Under the pieces are notes generated by a model. That model had not been told where the DNA came from, did not search any database, and saw nothing but the letters and a program-made list of their open reading frames with translations. Positions 47,632-54,858 of a DNA stretch of 64,000 nucleotides are shown piece by piece (within the stretch, counting starts at the first letter, position 1; every line of letters begins with the position of its first letter). The position numbers and the translations under genes are program-made. Source of the stretch: Oceanispirochaeta sp. (GTDB lineage Bacteria > Spirochaetota > Spirochaetia > DSM-2461); contig CAXXXD010000004.1 of NCBI GenBank assembly GCA_963663385.2, forward strand, positions 256,001 to 320,000, read 5' to 3'.

Positions 47632-48674
47632 CTCCTTTTTCCCAGCTGTCTGGGATGGTGGCGGTCCAGCTGCTCCTTTACCTCTTTCACATCCACTTTG
47701 GTGTAAATCTCGGTGTTCCCGATGGCCCGGTGCCCCAGGATCTGCTGAATCTGCCTCAAGGGGCAGCCTTGTTTCAGAAGATGGTAGCCCAGACAGTGCC
47801 GGAGGCTGTGGGCTGTCATAAAAGGAATTCCGACTTCTTCGCAAGCCTCTTTCAGATCCCTGTTGAAAGCCTTTCCCAGTTCATCCGAGGAAGAGCCGAA
47901 AAGCCTTTCCCTGTTGCTCTTGCCGGTCAGGATCTCATCCCGAACGGTTAGAAACCGCCTTAATACACTGGCGGCGTAGTCGTTCAGGTAGACCTTCCGG
48001 TCGAATCCTCCCTTGCCGGAGATAACGGTGATCTCTTTCCTTTCAAGATTCAGGTTCTCTTCCTGAAGGTCAGCCGCTTCGCTGATTCGGAGGCCCGAGG
48101 CGTAAAGCAGCTCGGCCAGCACATGGGTCAAATACCGCCTTTTCCGGGCTTTCAGTCCCTTCACGGCAGAGAAGTCCGCCAGACGGGAGAGAAGCCGGGC
48201 CAGTTCTTTCTCCATGGGTAAATCCCTGGGAATGATCCTTTCACCCCGGGGAGCTTTGACGGCGGTAAAGGGATCGGAAACAAGCTTTCCCGAATCCCTC
48301 ATCCACCGGCTGAAGGAGGAAGCGGCCTGACGGTAGGAAGCCAGGGTGTTTACCCTGTAGTCTTCTCCGCTTCCGGTTCCCCGTTCTGTAAGGTGTGCCA
48401 TGAAGCCTCTGGCCGCCCGGATGTCCGTCTGATCCGCCGTCAGTCCTTCTTCTTCCAGATAGGCCAGAAAATGGGGAATCCGGCTGTGGGCGTTCCGGAG
48501 AGCCTGGGAAGAAGCTCCCAGGGCTTTTTTCTCTTCCAGATAGCTGTCTAGCAGGGTTTGATGGGCTTTATGTATGTTTCCTGCGCTTCCGGACACTTCC
48601 CTTCGGGAAGTTCCTGCCGCTTTATGAGAAAAGGAACCCTGACGCTCTCGCGTCAGCCTTTTATCATTATTCAT
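47628..48674 (-). CDS. Tyrosine recombinase (XerC-like) 1
   Basis: ASGLRISE, GKGG, HSLRH, ILGH, TEIY. Confidence 0.92.
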   Translation of the reverse strand: MNNDKRLTRERQGSFSHKAAGTSRREVSGSAGNIHKAHQTLLDSYLEEKKALGASSQALRNAHSRIPHFLAYLEEEGLTADQTDIRAARGFMAHLTERGTGSGEDYRVNTLASYRQAASSFSRWMRDSGKLVSDPFTAVKAPRGERIIPRDLPMEKELARLLSRLADFSAVKGLKARKRRYLTHVLAELLYASGLRISEAADLQEENLNLERKEITVISGKGGFDRKVYLNDYAASVLRRFLTVRDEILTGKSNRERLFGSSSDELGKAFNRDLKEACEEVGIPFMTAHSLRHCLGYHLLKQGCPLRQIQQILGHRAIGNTEIYTKVDVKEVKEQLDRHHPRQLGKRR

Positions 48675-48800
48675 GCTCTGTCTCTCTCCGGGATTTTGTA
48701 CCCACTTTCTCCTAAACCTTTACCGGATTTAACTTTAAGCCGAATAGTCGGCCTGTACCCGGTTTTCCCACTTTCGGCTAATCCCTTACCAGAACAACAA

Positions 48801-51461
48801 TTATTGTTTTTCATCATTCCGTACCCGCTTTGTACCCGGTTCCCTGGTTAAATGGTCAGGTGAAGGAATCACCGAGTCATCGAAAAGAACTAGGTCAGAA
48901 TCAGCCGCCAGTCCGTAACGCCTGGTCATACCCCGGCCCGATCCTTTGCTCCGGATGTATTCATACTCTGTCAAAAGCCTCATATTCTTCTTGATCAGCT
49001 CATGGGAGAATCCGGAGACCTCCCGGATCTCCCGCTGGGTCACCCAGATATCGGTCAGGAATAGCCCGTCCTTCTCCGCTTTGCTTTTAAGAAGATCCCG
49101 GAGCTCCTCATACAAAATGACAGCCGAACGGGGTAAAGTGGTCATGGTGGAAGAAAGCAGGGTCTTCATGATCCGGTAAGCCACCTTGTAGTCTTCCAGG
49201 TCGCACTCTATGTAATGCTTCCCCTGATCATTCTTCTCCTGTTTCTGGTACTGCCTCAGGAAGCACACGCAGGCAATGAGGTCTACAAACCGTTCATGGT
49301 CCCGCCGGCTCCGCATCATGGAAGAGGGAAAGTCCAGCTCCCCGGCGAAAGGATTAACAATTACCCGGTTTTTCAGGAGCCTTTGGGCGGCCTGGTGGGT
49401 CTTAATGATTTCCGGGAGATCTTCTTCCTTCTTCCGGTAGGCTTCCAGGGTGTACTTCTCCCTCTGCCTCCGGTGGATCTCCCTGGTCTGCTCCCGGCTC
49501 TCGTCTGTGTTTACCACAAAGCAGCGGGAGGCGTTCTCCGGGTTGATCTCCGTCGAAGTGGAGGACATCACGGCGGAAACAATGACTTTTTTCCGTACCA
49601 GCTTGCTGGTCATTCTTCCGGTCTTCTCATCCTTGGTGGTCACCAATCGGGACAGCTCTTTTCCGGATAACATCTCCCGCATCTGATGATCTACGCTCTC
49701 CGAGTGGACCGCCTCTCCCATGACCAGAAACTTGTGCAGCAGAGCTTCATCGGGAAGGTAGTTCAAGGCCTGGTCGGAAAGGCTGGTCATGGAAATCACA
49801 TCCTCTTCGGGCATCAGCTTTTTTACCGTATCGATCAGAAAGCTTTTACCAGCGGCGGACTGGGAGATGACGATTACGCTTACCGGATCGGCCATCAGAC
49901 GGGAGGAGGCGGCCAGGTACATAAGGATCTTGTTTTCCTCCTCTCCCACGTAGCCCAGAGCTTCCGTATCCCTGACAATCCTGTCGAAAAGATTGGGATC
50001 CTGTAAAAGGGAGAGGCCAGCTGCCTCTTCCTCAGGGGTCAAAGACCCCTTCTTTAAACCGGTATCCGAAAGGGCCCGTTCAGACTCTTCTTCCAAATAG
50101 TCCAGGATATCCAGTAAATCCTTTTCAATCCTGGCGGATTCCTCGCCGAACCGGCGAGCGACCGCGACAGAGAAAAGGGTCCGGCTCCGGGCGGAGAAGA
50201 GGTCTACATTGTCGATGAACTTGACAGTATCATCCGCCGGCCTCTGACAGCGGACATTCACCTTCAGGGAACTGACAAATCCTTCTTTAACTCCGATGAT
50301 CCGGTAATCCAGAGAAGAACAATGAAACAGGTACTTACCATCGGCCACCAGTGGCCTTTTATCACCCTCCGGCGGTTTCAGAATGCTGCTCTCGATCAGG
50401 GATAGAACTTGTTCCTTTGTGATTTTTGGTAATGACTCATTCCAGTCCTTGGAAGGCGGGAAGATGGTTCTGACGGCAATACCCTTTTCGAAAAGAGTTT
50501 TTCCGACCTTTTCTGCAGCCTCCCGGCCCGCTTCATCACCGTCGAAAGCAAGGACAACTTCCTTTGTACGGTTTTCTTTCAAAGCTTCTACAAGGTGACT
50601 GGTCACCCCGTTGGCGCCGTAAGAGCAGGAAACATTTTCGCATCCCAAAACCATCAGCGAAAAGGCATCAATCACCGATTCTGTCAGGATCATCCGGTCC
50701 GGGTAAACCTTGAATGCCTGGTGGTTAAACAGGCCCCGGTGGGGCCCTTTCAAATAAAGGTGTTTCACCCTGGACCTTTCATTTATCTTCCTGCCGTAAA
50801 ATCTCCGGACTTTCCCATCGGAAGAATAGAGTGGGAAAACAATGCAGTCCCGGAAGGTTTCAAGGTTCTTTTCCGTAAAGAGGCCCGCCTCTTTCAGCTC
50901 CTGAAACTGGACTTCGGACAGTTTGTCTTTCAAGTCTCCGGGGCAGTAGCCGACTTTCAGCCGTCCCAGAAGCTCCGGAGCATAGATCCCCCGTTTTTTC
51001 AGGTAGGAAACTGCTTCCGGATGGGAGAGCTGACGGTGATAGTAATCCGTTACATCTTCCAATGAGGTTGTTTTAAGCAGAGGTTCGCCCTCCAGTGGCA
51101 CCGGCGGAGCCGGTACCTCCTTCGGCCTGAATGCCTTTCCCTCATCTCCTTTCAAGATAGCCAGAGCCTCTTTAAACTCCACGCCCTGGTGCCTCATCAC
51201 AAAGTCAAACACATCCCCGCCGGCCCCGCAGCCGAAACAGTGAAACAGTCCCTTGGACTGGTCCACCGAAAGAGAAGGATTCTTGTCCTCATGGAAGGGG
51301 CACAGCCCCATGAAAGAAGAGCCTTTCTTCTCGAGAGAGATACCATAGGAGGTAATCACACTGACTATATCGGTTTGTGCCTTGATCCGGTCTTTTTCAA
51401 ACTCGTCCAGCAGGGAAGCCCCCTTCAAAGGGCTCCTGCCTTTCAGCTTTGAAGAAGTCAT
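48801..51461 (-). CDS. DnaG-like primase (CHC2 Zn finger + TOPRIM) fused to a P-loop NTPase domain
   Basis: CPFHEDKNPS...HCFGC; ESVIDAFS; FDGDEAG; SQSAAGKS; ATGA overlap with the parA stop. Confidence 0.9.
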   Translation of the reverse strand: MTSSKLKGRSPLKGASLLDEFEKDRIKAQTDIVSVITSYGISLEKKGSSFMGLCPFHEDKNPSLSVDQSKGLFHCFGCGAGGDVFDFVMRHQGVEFKEALAILKGDEGKAFRPKEVPAPPVPLEGEPLLKTTSLEDVTDYYHRQLSHPEAVSYLKKRGIYAPELLGRLKVGYCPGDLKDKLSEVQFQELKEAGLFTEKNLETFRDCIVFPLYSSDGKVRRFYGRKINERSRVKHLYLKGPHRGLFNHQAFKVYPDRMILTESVIDAFSLMVLGCENVSCSYGANGVTSHLVEALKENRTKEVVLAFDGDEAGREAAEKVGKTLFEKGIAVRTIFPPSKDWNESLPKITKEQVLSLIESSILKPPEGDKRPLVADGKYLFHCSSLDYRIIGVKEGFVSSLKVNVRCQRPADDTVKFIDNVDLFSARSRTLFSVAVARRFGEESARIEKDLLDILDYLEEESERALSDTGLKKGSLTPEEEAAGLSLLQDPNLFDRIVRDTEALGYVGEEENKILMYLAASSRLMADPVSVIVISQSAAGKSFLIDTVKKLMPEEDVISMTSLSDQALNYLPDEALLHKFLVMGEAVHSESVDHQMREMLSGKELSRLVTTKDEKTGRMTSKLVRKKVIVSAVMSSTSTEINPENASRCFVVNTDESREQTREIHRRQREKYTLEAYRKKEEDLPEIIKTHQAAQRLLKNRVIVNPFAGELDFPSSMMRSRRDHERFVDLIACVCFLRQYQKQEKNDQGKHYIECDLEDYKVAYRIMKTLLSSTMTTLPRSAVILYEELRDLLKSKAEKDGLFLTDIWVTQREIREVSGFSHELIKKNMRLLTEYEYIRSKGSGRGMTRRYGLAADSDLVLFDDSVIPSPDHLTREPGTKRVRNDEKQ

Positions 51462-52264
51462 AGACCGCACCGGGATAAAAGTTCATTCCCCAGAGCCCTT
51501 ACTTCCTCCGCGGGCCTTTTCCATTGGTTACCGGACAGCTGGACCAGGCCCTTCCTCTCGGCAATGGCTTCCTCGATCCGGATCGACCGGCTGATCACGG
51601 TCTCAAAACAGGTTTCTCCGAAGAACCCGGTCAGTTCGGCTTTCAGCTCCCGGCCGATCAGGGTAACCGGGTTGTAGCTGTTAAGGACGACTCCCAGGGC
51701 GTAAAGAGTCGGGTTCAGGCTCCGCCTGATCTTCTCCATGGTTTCCAGAAGGTCCGAAGCTCCCTGCAGGGCGTACTGACTGGCTGTAATGGGCATCACA
51801 AGGTGATCGGCGGCTACAAGGGCATTGCCCGTGAGGATTCCCAGGGAAGGGGGAGTATCCATCAGGATAAAATCGTAGGATTCGAACTCCTCCCGTTCGA
51901 AAAGCTCCTTAAACCGTACATAGCCGTCGAACTCTCCCACAAGCTGTTTTTCCAGCAGGCTGAGATAGATCGATCCGGAAAGGATCTCAAGATTCTCACT
52001 GACACTTTGAACGTGAATTTCATCTTCTGTAATGGCCTCGTACAGTCCTTTTCCCGGCTGGTCGAAGAAACTTCTGGAAAGGTTGCCTTGGCTGTCACAG
52101 TCTACCAGAAGGGTTTTCAGCCCTTTATCATGGGCCAGGTAACAGCCCAGTTCTCTTGTCATGGTGGTCTTGCCGACCCCGCCTTTCTGGTTGGTAAATA
52201 CGATCTTTTGGCGACTAAGAATGGGGCCCTGATGCTTTGCATCACCCATTTTATCTAGATTCAC
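51458..52264 (-). CDS. ParA/Soj family ATPase
   Basis: NQKGGVGKTT, VDCDSQGN, DTPPSLG. Confidence 0.92.
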   Translation of the reverse strand: MNLDKMGDAKHQGPILSRQKIVFTNQKGGVGKTTMTRELGCYLAHDKGLKTLLVDCDSQGNLSRSFFDQPGKGLYEAITEDEIHVQSVSENLEILSGSIYLSLLEKQLVGEFDGYVRFKELFEREEFESYDFILMDTPPSLGILTGNALVAADHLVMPITASQYALQGASDLLETMEKIRRSLNPTLYALGVVLNSYNPVTLIGRELKAELTGFFGETCFETVISRSIRIEEAIAERKGLVQLSGNQWKRPAEEVRALGNELLSRCGL

Positions 52265-52517
52265 ACTGGGCCTCCTCTTCCTTCTTCCAGAGGAGGTTCC
52301 GGATCACTTCCAGAGTCTCGGGGATCTTCTTCAAAGGAGTCCGGCAGGTACCCAGAAAAAGTTTACGGTCTCCGGTAATGTTCTCTCCTTCCAGAGTGAA
52401 AACCATCTCCTGGGCTCCCAGGGTTCCCATGCTCAGGTAAACATCGACCAGCCGGTGGTGCTGATCCAAAAGGTAGGCGACTTCGGCCAGGTTGGCTGTT
52501 ATGAGGCTGTCTTTCAC
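52251..52517 (-). CDS. Small hypothetical protein (DUF5659-like, paralogue 2)
   Basis: GTG start overlaps the upstream stop; TANLAEVAYLL...FTLEG resembles the neighbouring ORF. Confidence 0.6.
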   Translation of the reverse strand: MKDSLITANLAEVAYLLDQHHRLVDVYLSMGTLGAQEMVFTLEGENITGDRKLFLGTCRTPLKKIPETLEVIRNLLWKKEEEAQCESR

Positions 52518-52798
52518 TGGTGGCCCCCTTTCATGCTTTTCCGGTAGTCCCGCTTGGCATTGTTGGCGTAGTTGTTGATCTCTCCGTAACAACGGCGGAA
52601 GAGAACCAGATTGACAACCGCTTCACTTCTCAAAAAGTCGCTTTGAAGATGAGGAATGACTTCTCCTTCGAAGTAGAAGTCGCAGATGATATCTTTGGTG
52701 ACGTTCCCGGCCAGAAGGCGGCAGGTAACCAGGTGGGGCGTTACCCCTTTAGTCAGGTAGTAGGCGGCCTCGTACAGGTCGCTGGTGCGGATTTCCAT
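52514..52798 (-). CDS. Small hypothetical protein (DUF5659-like, paralogue 1)
   Basis: TSDLYEAAYYL...FYFEG; GGAG RBS. Confidence 0.65.
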   Translation of the reverse strand: MEIRTSDLYEAAYYLTKGVTPHLVTCRLLAGNVTKDIICDFYFEGEVIPHLQSDFLRSEAVVNLVLFRRCYGEINNYANNAKRDYRKSMKGGHQ

Positions 52799-52869
52799 TC
52801 TTTACTCCATCGGAAGGAGCAGAACGGCATTTGCGGGGATAAGAATTTATGGTAGAATTGTAAGTGCAT
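52753..52869 (-). CDS. Putative 38-aa upstream ORF/leader peptide
   Basis: GGAG-9nt-ATG; MHLQFYHKFLSPQMPFCSFRWSKEWKSAPATCTRPPTT*; overlaps the next gene out of frame. Confidence 0.4.
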   Translation of the reverse strand: MHLQFYHKFLSPQMPFCSFRWSKEWKSAPATCTRPPTT

Positions 52870-52941
52870 GGAGTTCTACTCCTATGTTGTTTTTAAGCCT
52901 GTTTCCCGAAGGTCGCCAAACACTCGGAAACGGGCTTTTTT
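52864..52941 (+). ncRNA. Putative ~78-nt cis-antisense RNA (SymR-like layout)
   Basis: Extended -10 TGGTAGAAT (52850-52858); covers the uORF ATG and RBS; ends in hairpin AAGCCTGTTTCC...GGAAACGGGCTT plus T-run. Confidence 0.55.
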
Positions 52942-52992
52942 ATTGCCAACGGCAATATTTCAAAAGTGTGTCAAGTAGCATTTGACTGTTTA

Positions 52993-53021
52993 ATAATGAC
53001 ACATCATGTATCACTCGTCAA
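52993..53021 (-). promoter_or_regulatory. Putative promoter of the element operon with an overlapping palindromic operator
   Basis: TTGACG-17-CATTAT; TGACACAT-C-ATGTATCA at 52997-53013. Confidence 0.5.
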
Positions 53022-53041
53022 GTTATATGATAAGATAAATC

Positions 53042-53437
53042 ATGCCTCAAGTACCGAAGAAAGAATTACCCCCTTTAAAAATCAGTGACAAAAGCATTGG
53101 TGAAATCATTGCCAAAATAAGAAAACAGAGAGGACTTACACAGCTTGAATTGGCTGAAACAATTGGCATTACAAGAACCGCATTATCTGCCTATGAAAGC
53201 GGAAGAGTCCGACTTTATGATGAAATGATAGCAAGATTCGCCATTGCTCTGAATGTCTCGACTGACACTCTTTTCGGGCTGAAGGATGAAAATATTCTTG
53301 CACAGGATACAAATCTGAAACTTACAAAACGCCTGAAAGAACTGGAAGAACTCCCACCGGCAGACCAAAAAAAAATCCTTGAGCATATCAAGGATTTGAG
53401 AGCCATGAATGAATTAAAGGAAAATCAATCCAAATAG
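53042..53437 (+). CDS. XRE family HTH repressor
   Basis: IRKQRGLTQLELAETIGITRTALSAYESG; divergent from the element operon. Confidence 0.92.
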   Translation: MPQVPKKELPPLKISDKSIGEIIAKIRKQRGLTQLELAETIGITRTALSAYESGRVRLYDEMIARFAIALNVSTDTLFGLKDENILAQDTNLKLTKRLKELEELPPADQKKILEHIKDLRAMNELKENQSK

Positions 53438-53489
53438 ATATTCTTTCGATATCCGGCTATTACAAAGAGAATGAGAAACCTAACCCTGC

Positions 53490-53783
53490 TTACTGCTTAC
53501 TGCATTCCATATTCATCTCTTTTCGAAGTAAATCATTCAGCAAAGTCTGATACCCTTTACCATGACTTTTTAGCCAAAGAAGAATGTCCGCATCGATTCG
53601 GGTGGTTATCTGCTCTTTCCTGGGCTTGTAAATATCGTGAAAAGGGACGGCCCTGGAAAAATCCTCATCAGACCACTCTTTTATGTCACTGGTATCTATT
53701 TCGGAGTCGGGTAATTCGGCAAGCTTGGCGAGTCTTGCCTTTGTGTCTTCATCCATAGGACTAAAACCATTTTCCTGCTTCAT
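53490..53783 (-). CDS. brnA: BrnA antitoxin
   Basis: IDTSDI, ITTRIDADIL.WLK..GKGYQT. Confidence 0.88.
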   Translation of the reverse strand: MKQENGFSPMDEDTKARLAKLAELPDSEIDTSDIKEWSDEDFSRAVPFHDIYKPRKEQITTRIDADILLWLKSHGKGYQTLLNDLLRKEMNMECSKQ

Positions 53784-54048
53784 ACTTCCTCCTCTCTGCC
53801 GTTGTTGCTTTTCGGGCAGATATTATTCTGAAAACGTCTTCATCCTGCTGATCTCTCATGGTGTAAACCACAAGCACCAGCAGAATGCCGCCGATATGCC
53901 CCATAATTTGCTGACGGGGCTCTGAATCCGTGTAATCCTCACGAACCAGGGCAAACGGGTCGGCAAAAACATACTTGGCGTCTTTGAATGACAATCCGTG
54001 TTTCTTCTGGTTGATTATGTCTTTTTCTTTATCCCATTCAAAGGTCAT
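53761..54048 (-). CDS. brnT: BrnT toxin (DUF497)
   Basis: FEWDKEK..N..KHGLSF...RIISARKAT..ER..Y. Confidence 0.92.
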   Translation of the reverse strand: MTFEWDKEKDIINQKKHGLSFKDAKYVFADPFALVREDYTDSEPRQQIMGHIGGILLVLVVYTMRDQQDEDVFRIISARKATTAERRKYEAGKWF

Positions 54049-54054
54049 AATATA

Positions 54055-54083
54055 ATTATACTATTGTAACTACATTTTTGCAA
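54055..54083 (-). promoter_or_regulatory. brnTA promoter (likely leaderless) with palindrome TGTA-AC-TACA
   Basis: TTGCAA-17-TATAAT, 6 nt before ATG; palindrome 54065-54074 in the spacer. Confidence 0.75.
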
Positions 54084-54236
54084 TTATGATAAAAAGAGAA
54101 AACACTCCGCCAGCTCCTGTATAAAATTATTCTGGAATCTATAAACTTACCACTAAAAGCAGGTGAACAGAGAATTCGTTATATGGCGAAGCGGACAGCT
54201 GCCAGGGACGGCAGCTGCAGATAACGGATTTTCTGA

Positions 54237-54396
54237 TCAGAACCGGAGCCACGACGGCGGAGGTTCGGCCTGCGGTTACTGCCGGAAAAGCTTTTTCAAC
54301 GTGAAATGTCATTCCGGCGAAAAATAAAATTAGGGGTCATAACAACAGTGCTGCACCAGACAGGCAAGCCTGCAGGTGAGCATGGACGTTATGAAT
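54237..54396. repeat. ~160-bp direct repeat copy B with terminal attC-like hairpin (54337-54394)
   Basis: Homologous to 45110-45270. Confidence 0.9.
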
Positions 54397-54858
54397 TTAC
54401 GGAATGTGAGAAAAAGCATCTTTAAAGGTTTTATTCTTATAATCCCAATTAAATGTCTTAGTATCTCCTACAGAATTTCCAGAGGCAAAATAAGGAGTTA
54501 AAACTATACCCGGAGAATATTCTTTATTATTTGGGTAAGACAATTTCATCTTAAATCCATAAAAGATTAACTCATGATTCTTAAATGATATCAAGATTTT
54601 CCCTGTTGCATCTTCAAGTATATCATCATGAAAATAAATTACATGATCCCGATTAATATCAGACTTCAGAACACCTATGAAGCTTTCACATATGTCTGAA
54701 TCAGAATAATAATCAGTGTAAATCTGAACAATGTCATCATCTATTATTAATTCGAAGTCAGCAGACTTTTTATTTAATAATATTATATCATCAGAAAATA
54801 TTACTGATGAAAATAAAAGGATTTGTACTGTTATTAGAAAAATATTCCTCAATCCCAT
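54397..54858 (-). CDS. Putative periplasmic immunity protein for Rhs-CT1
   Basis: AT-rich; overlaps the toxin 3' end; signal-peptide-like MGLRNIFLITVQILLFSSVIFS. Confidence 0.7.
   Translation of the reverse strand: MGLRNIFLITVQILLFSSVIFSDDIILLNKKSADFELIIDDDIVQIYTDYYSDSDICESFIGVLKSDINRDHVIYFHDDILEDATGKILISFKNHELIFYGFKMKLSYPNNKEYSPGIVLTPYFASGNSVGDTKTFNWDYKNKTFKDAFSHIP

Noticed and set aside
47632..47844. N-terminal extension of recombinase 2
   Set aside because: Overlaps recombinase 1; ATGA coupling with an RBS at 47631 is more plausible
46612..53437. Prophage, ICE, RIT element or classical integron
   Set aside because: No virion, T4SS or relaxase genes; only two recombinases; no recognisable IntI-specific insertion, attI or cassette array
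54196..54217. Hairpin CAGCTGCC-AGGGAC-GGCAGCTG
   Set aside because: Single copy with no U-tract; may be another REP-like unit but cannot be supported from this window
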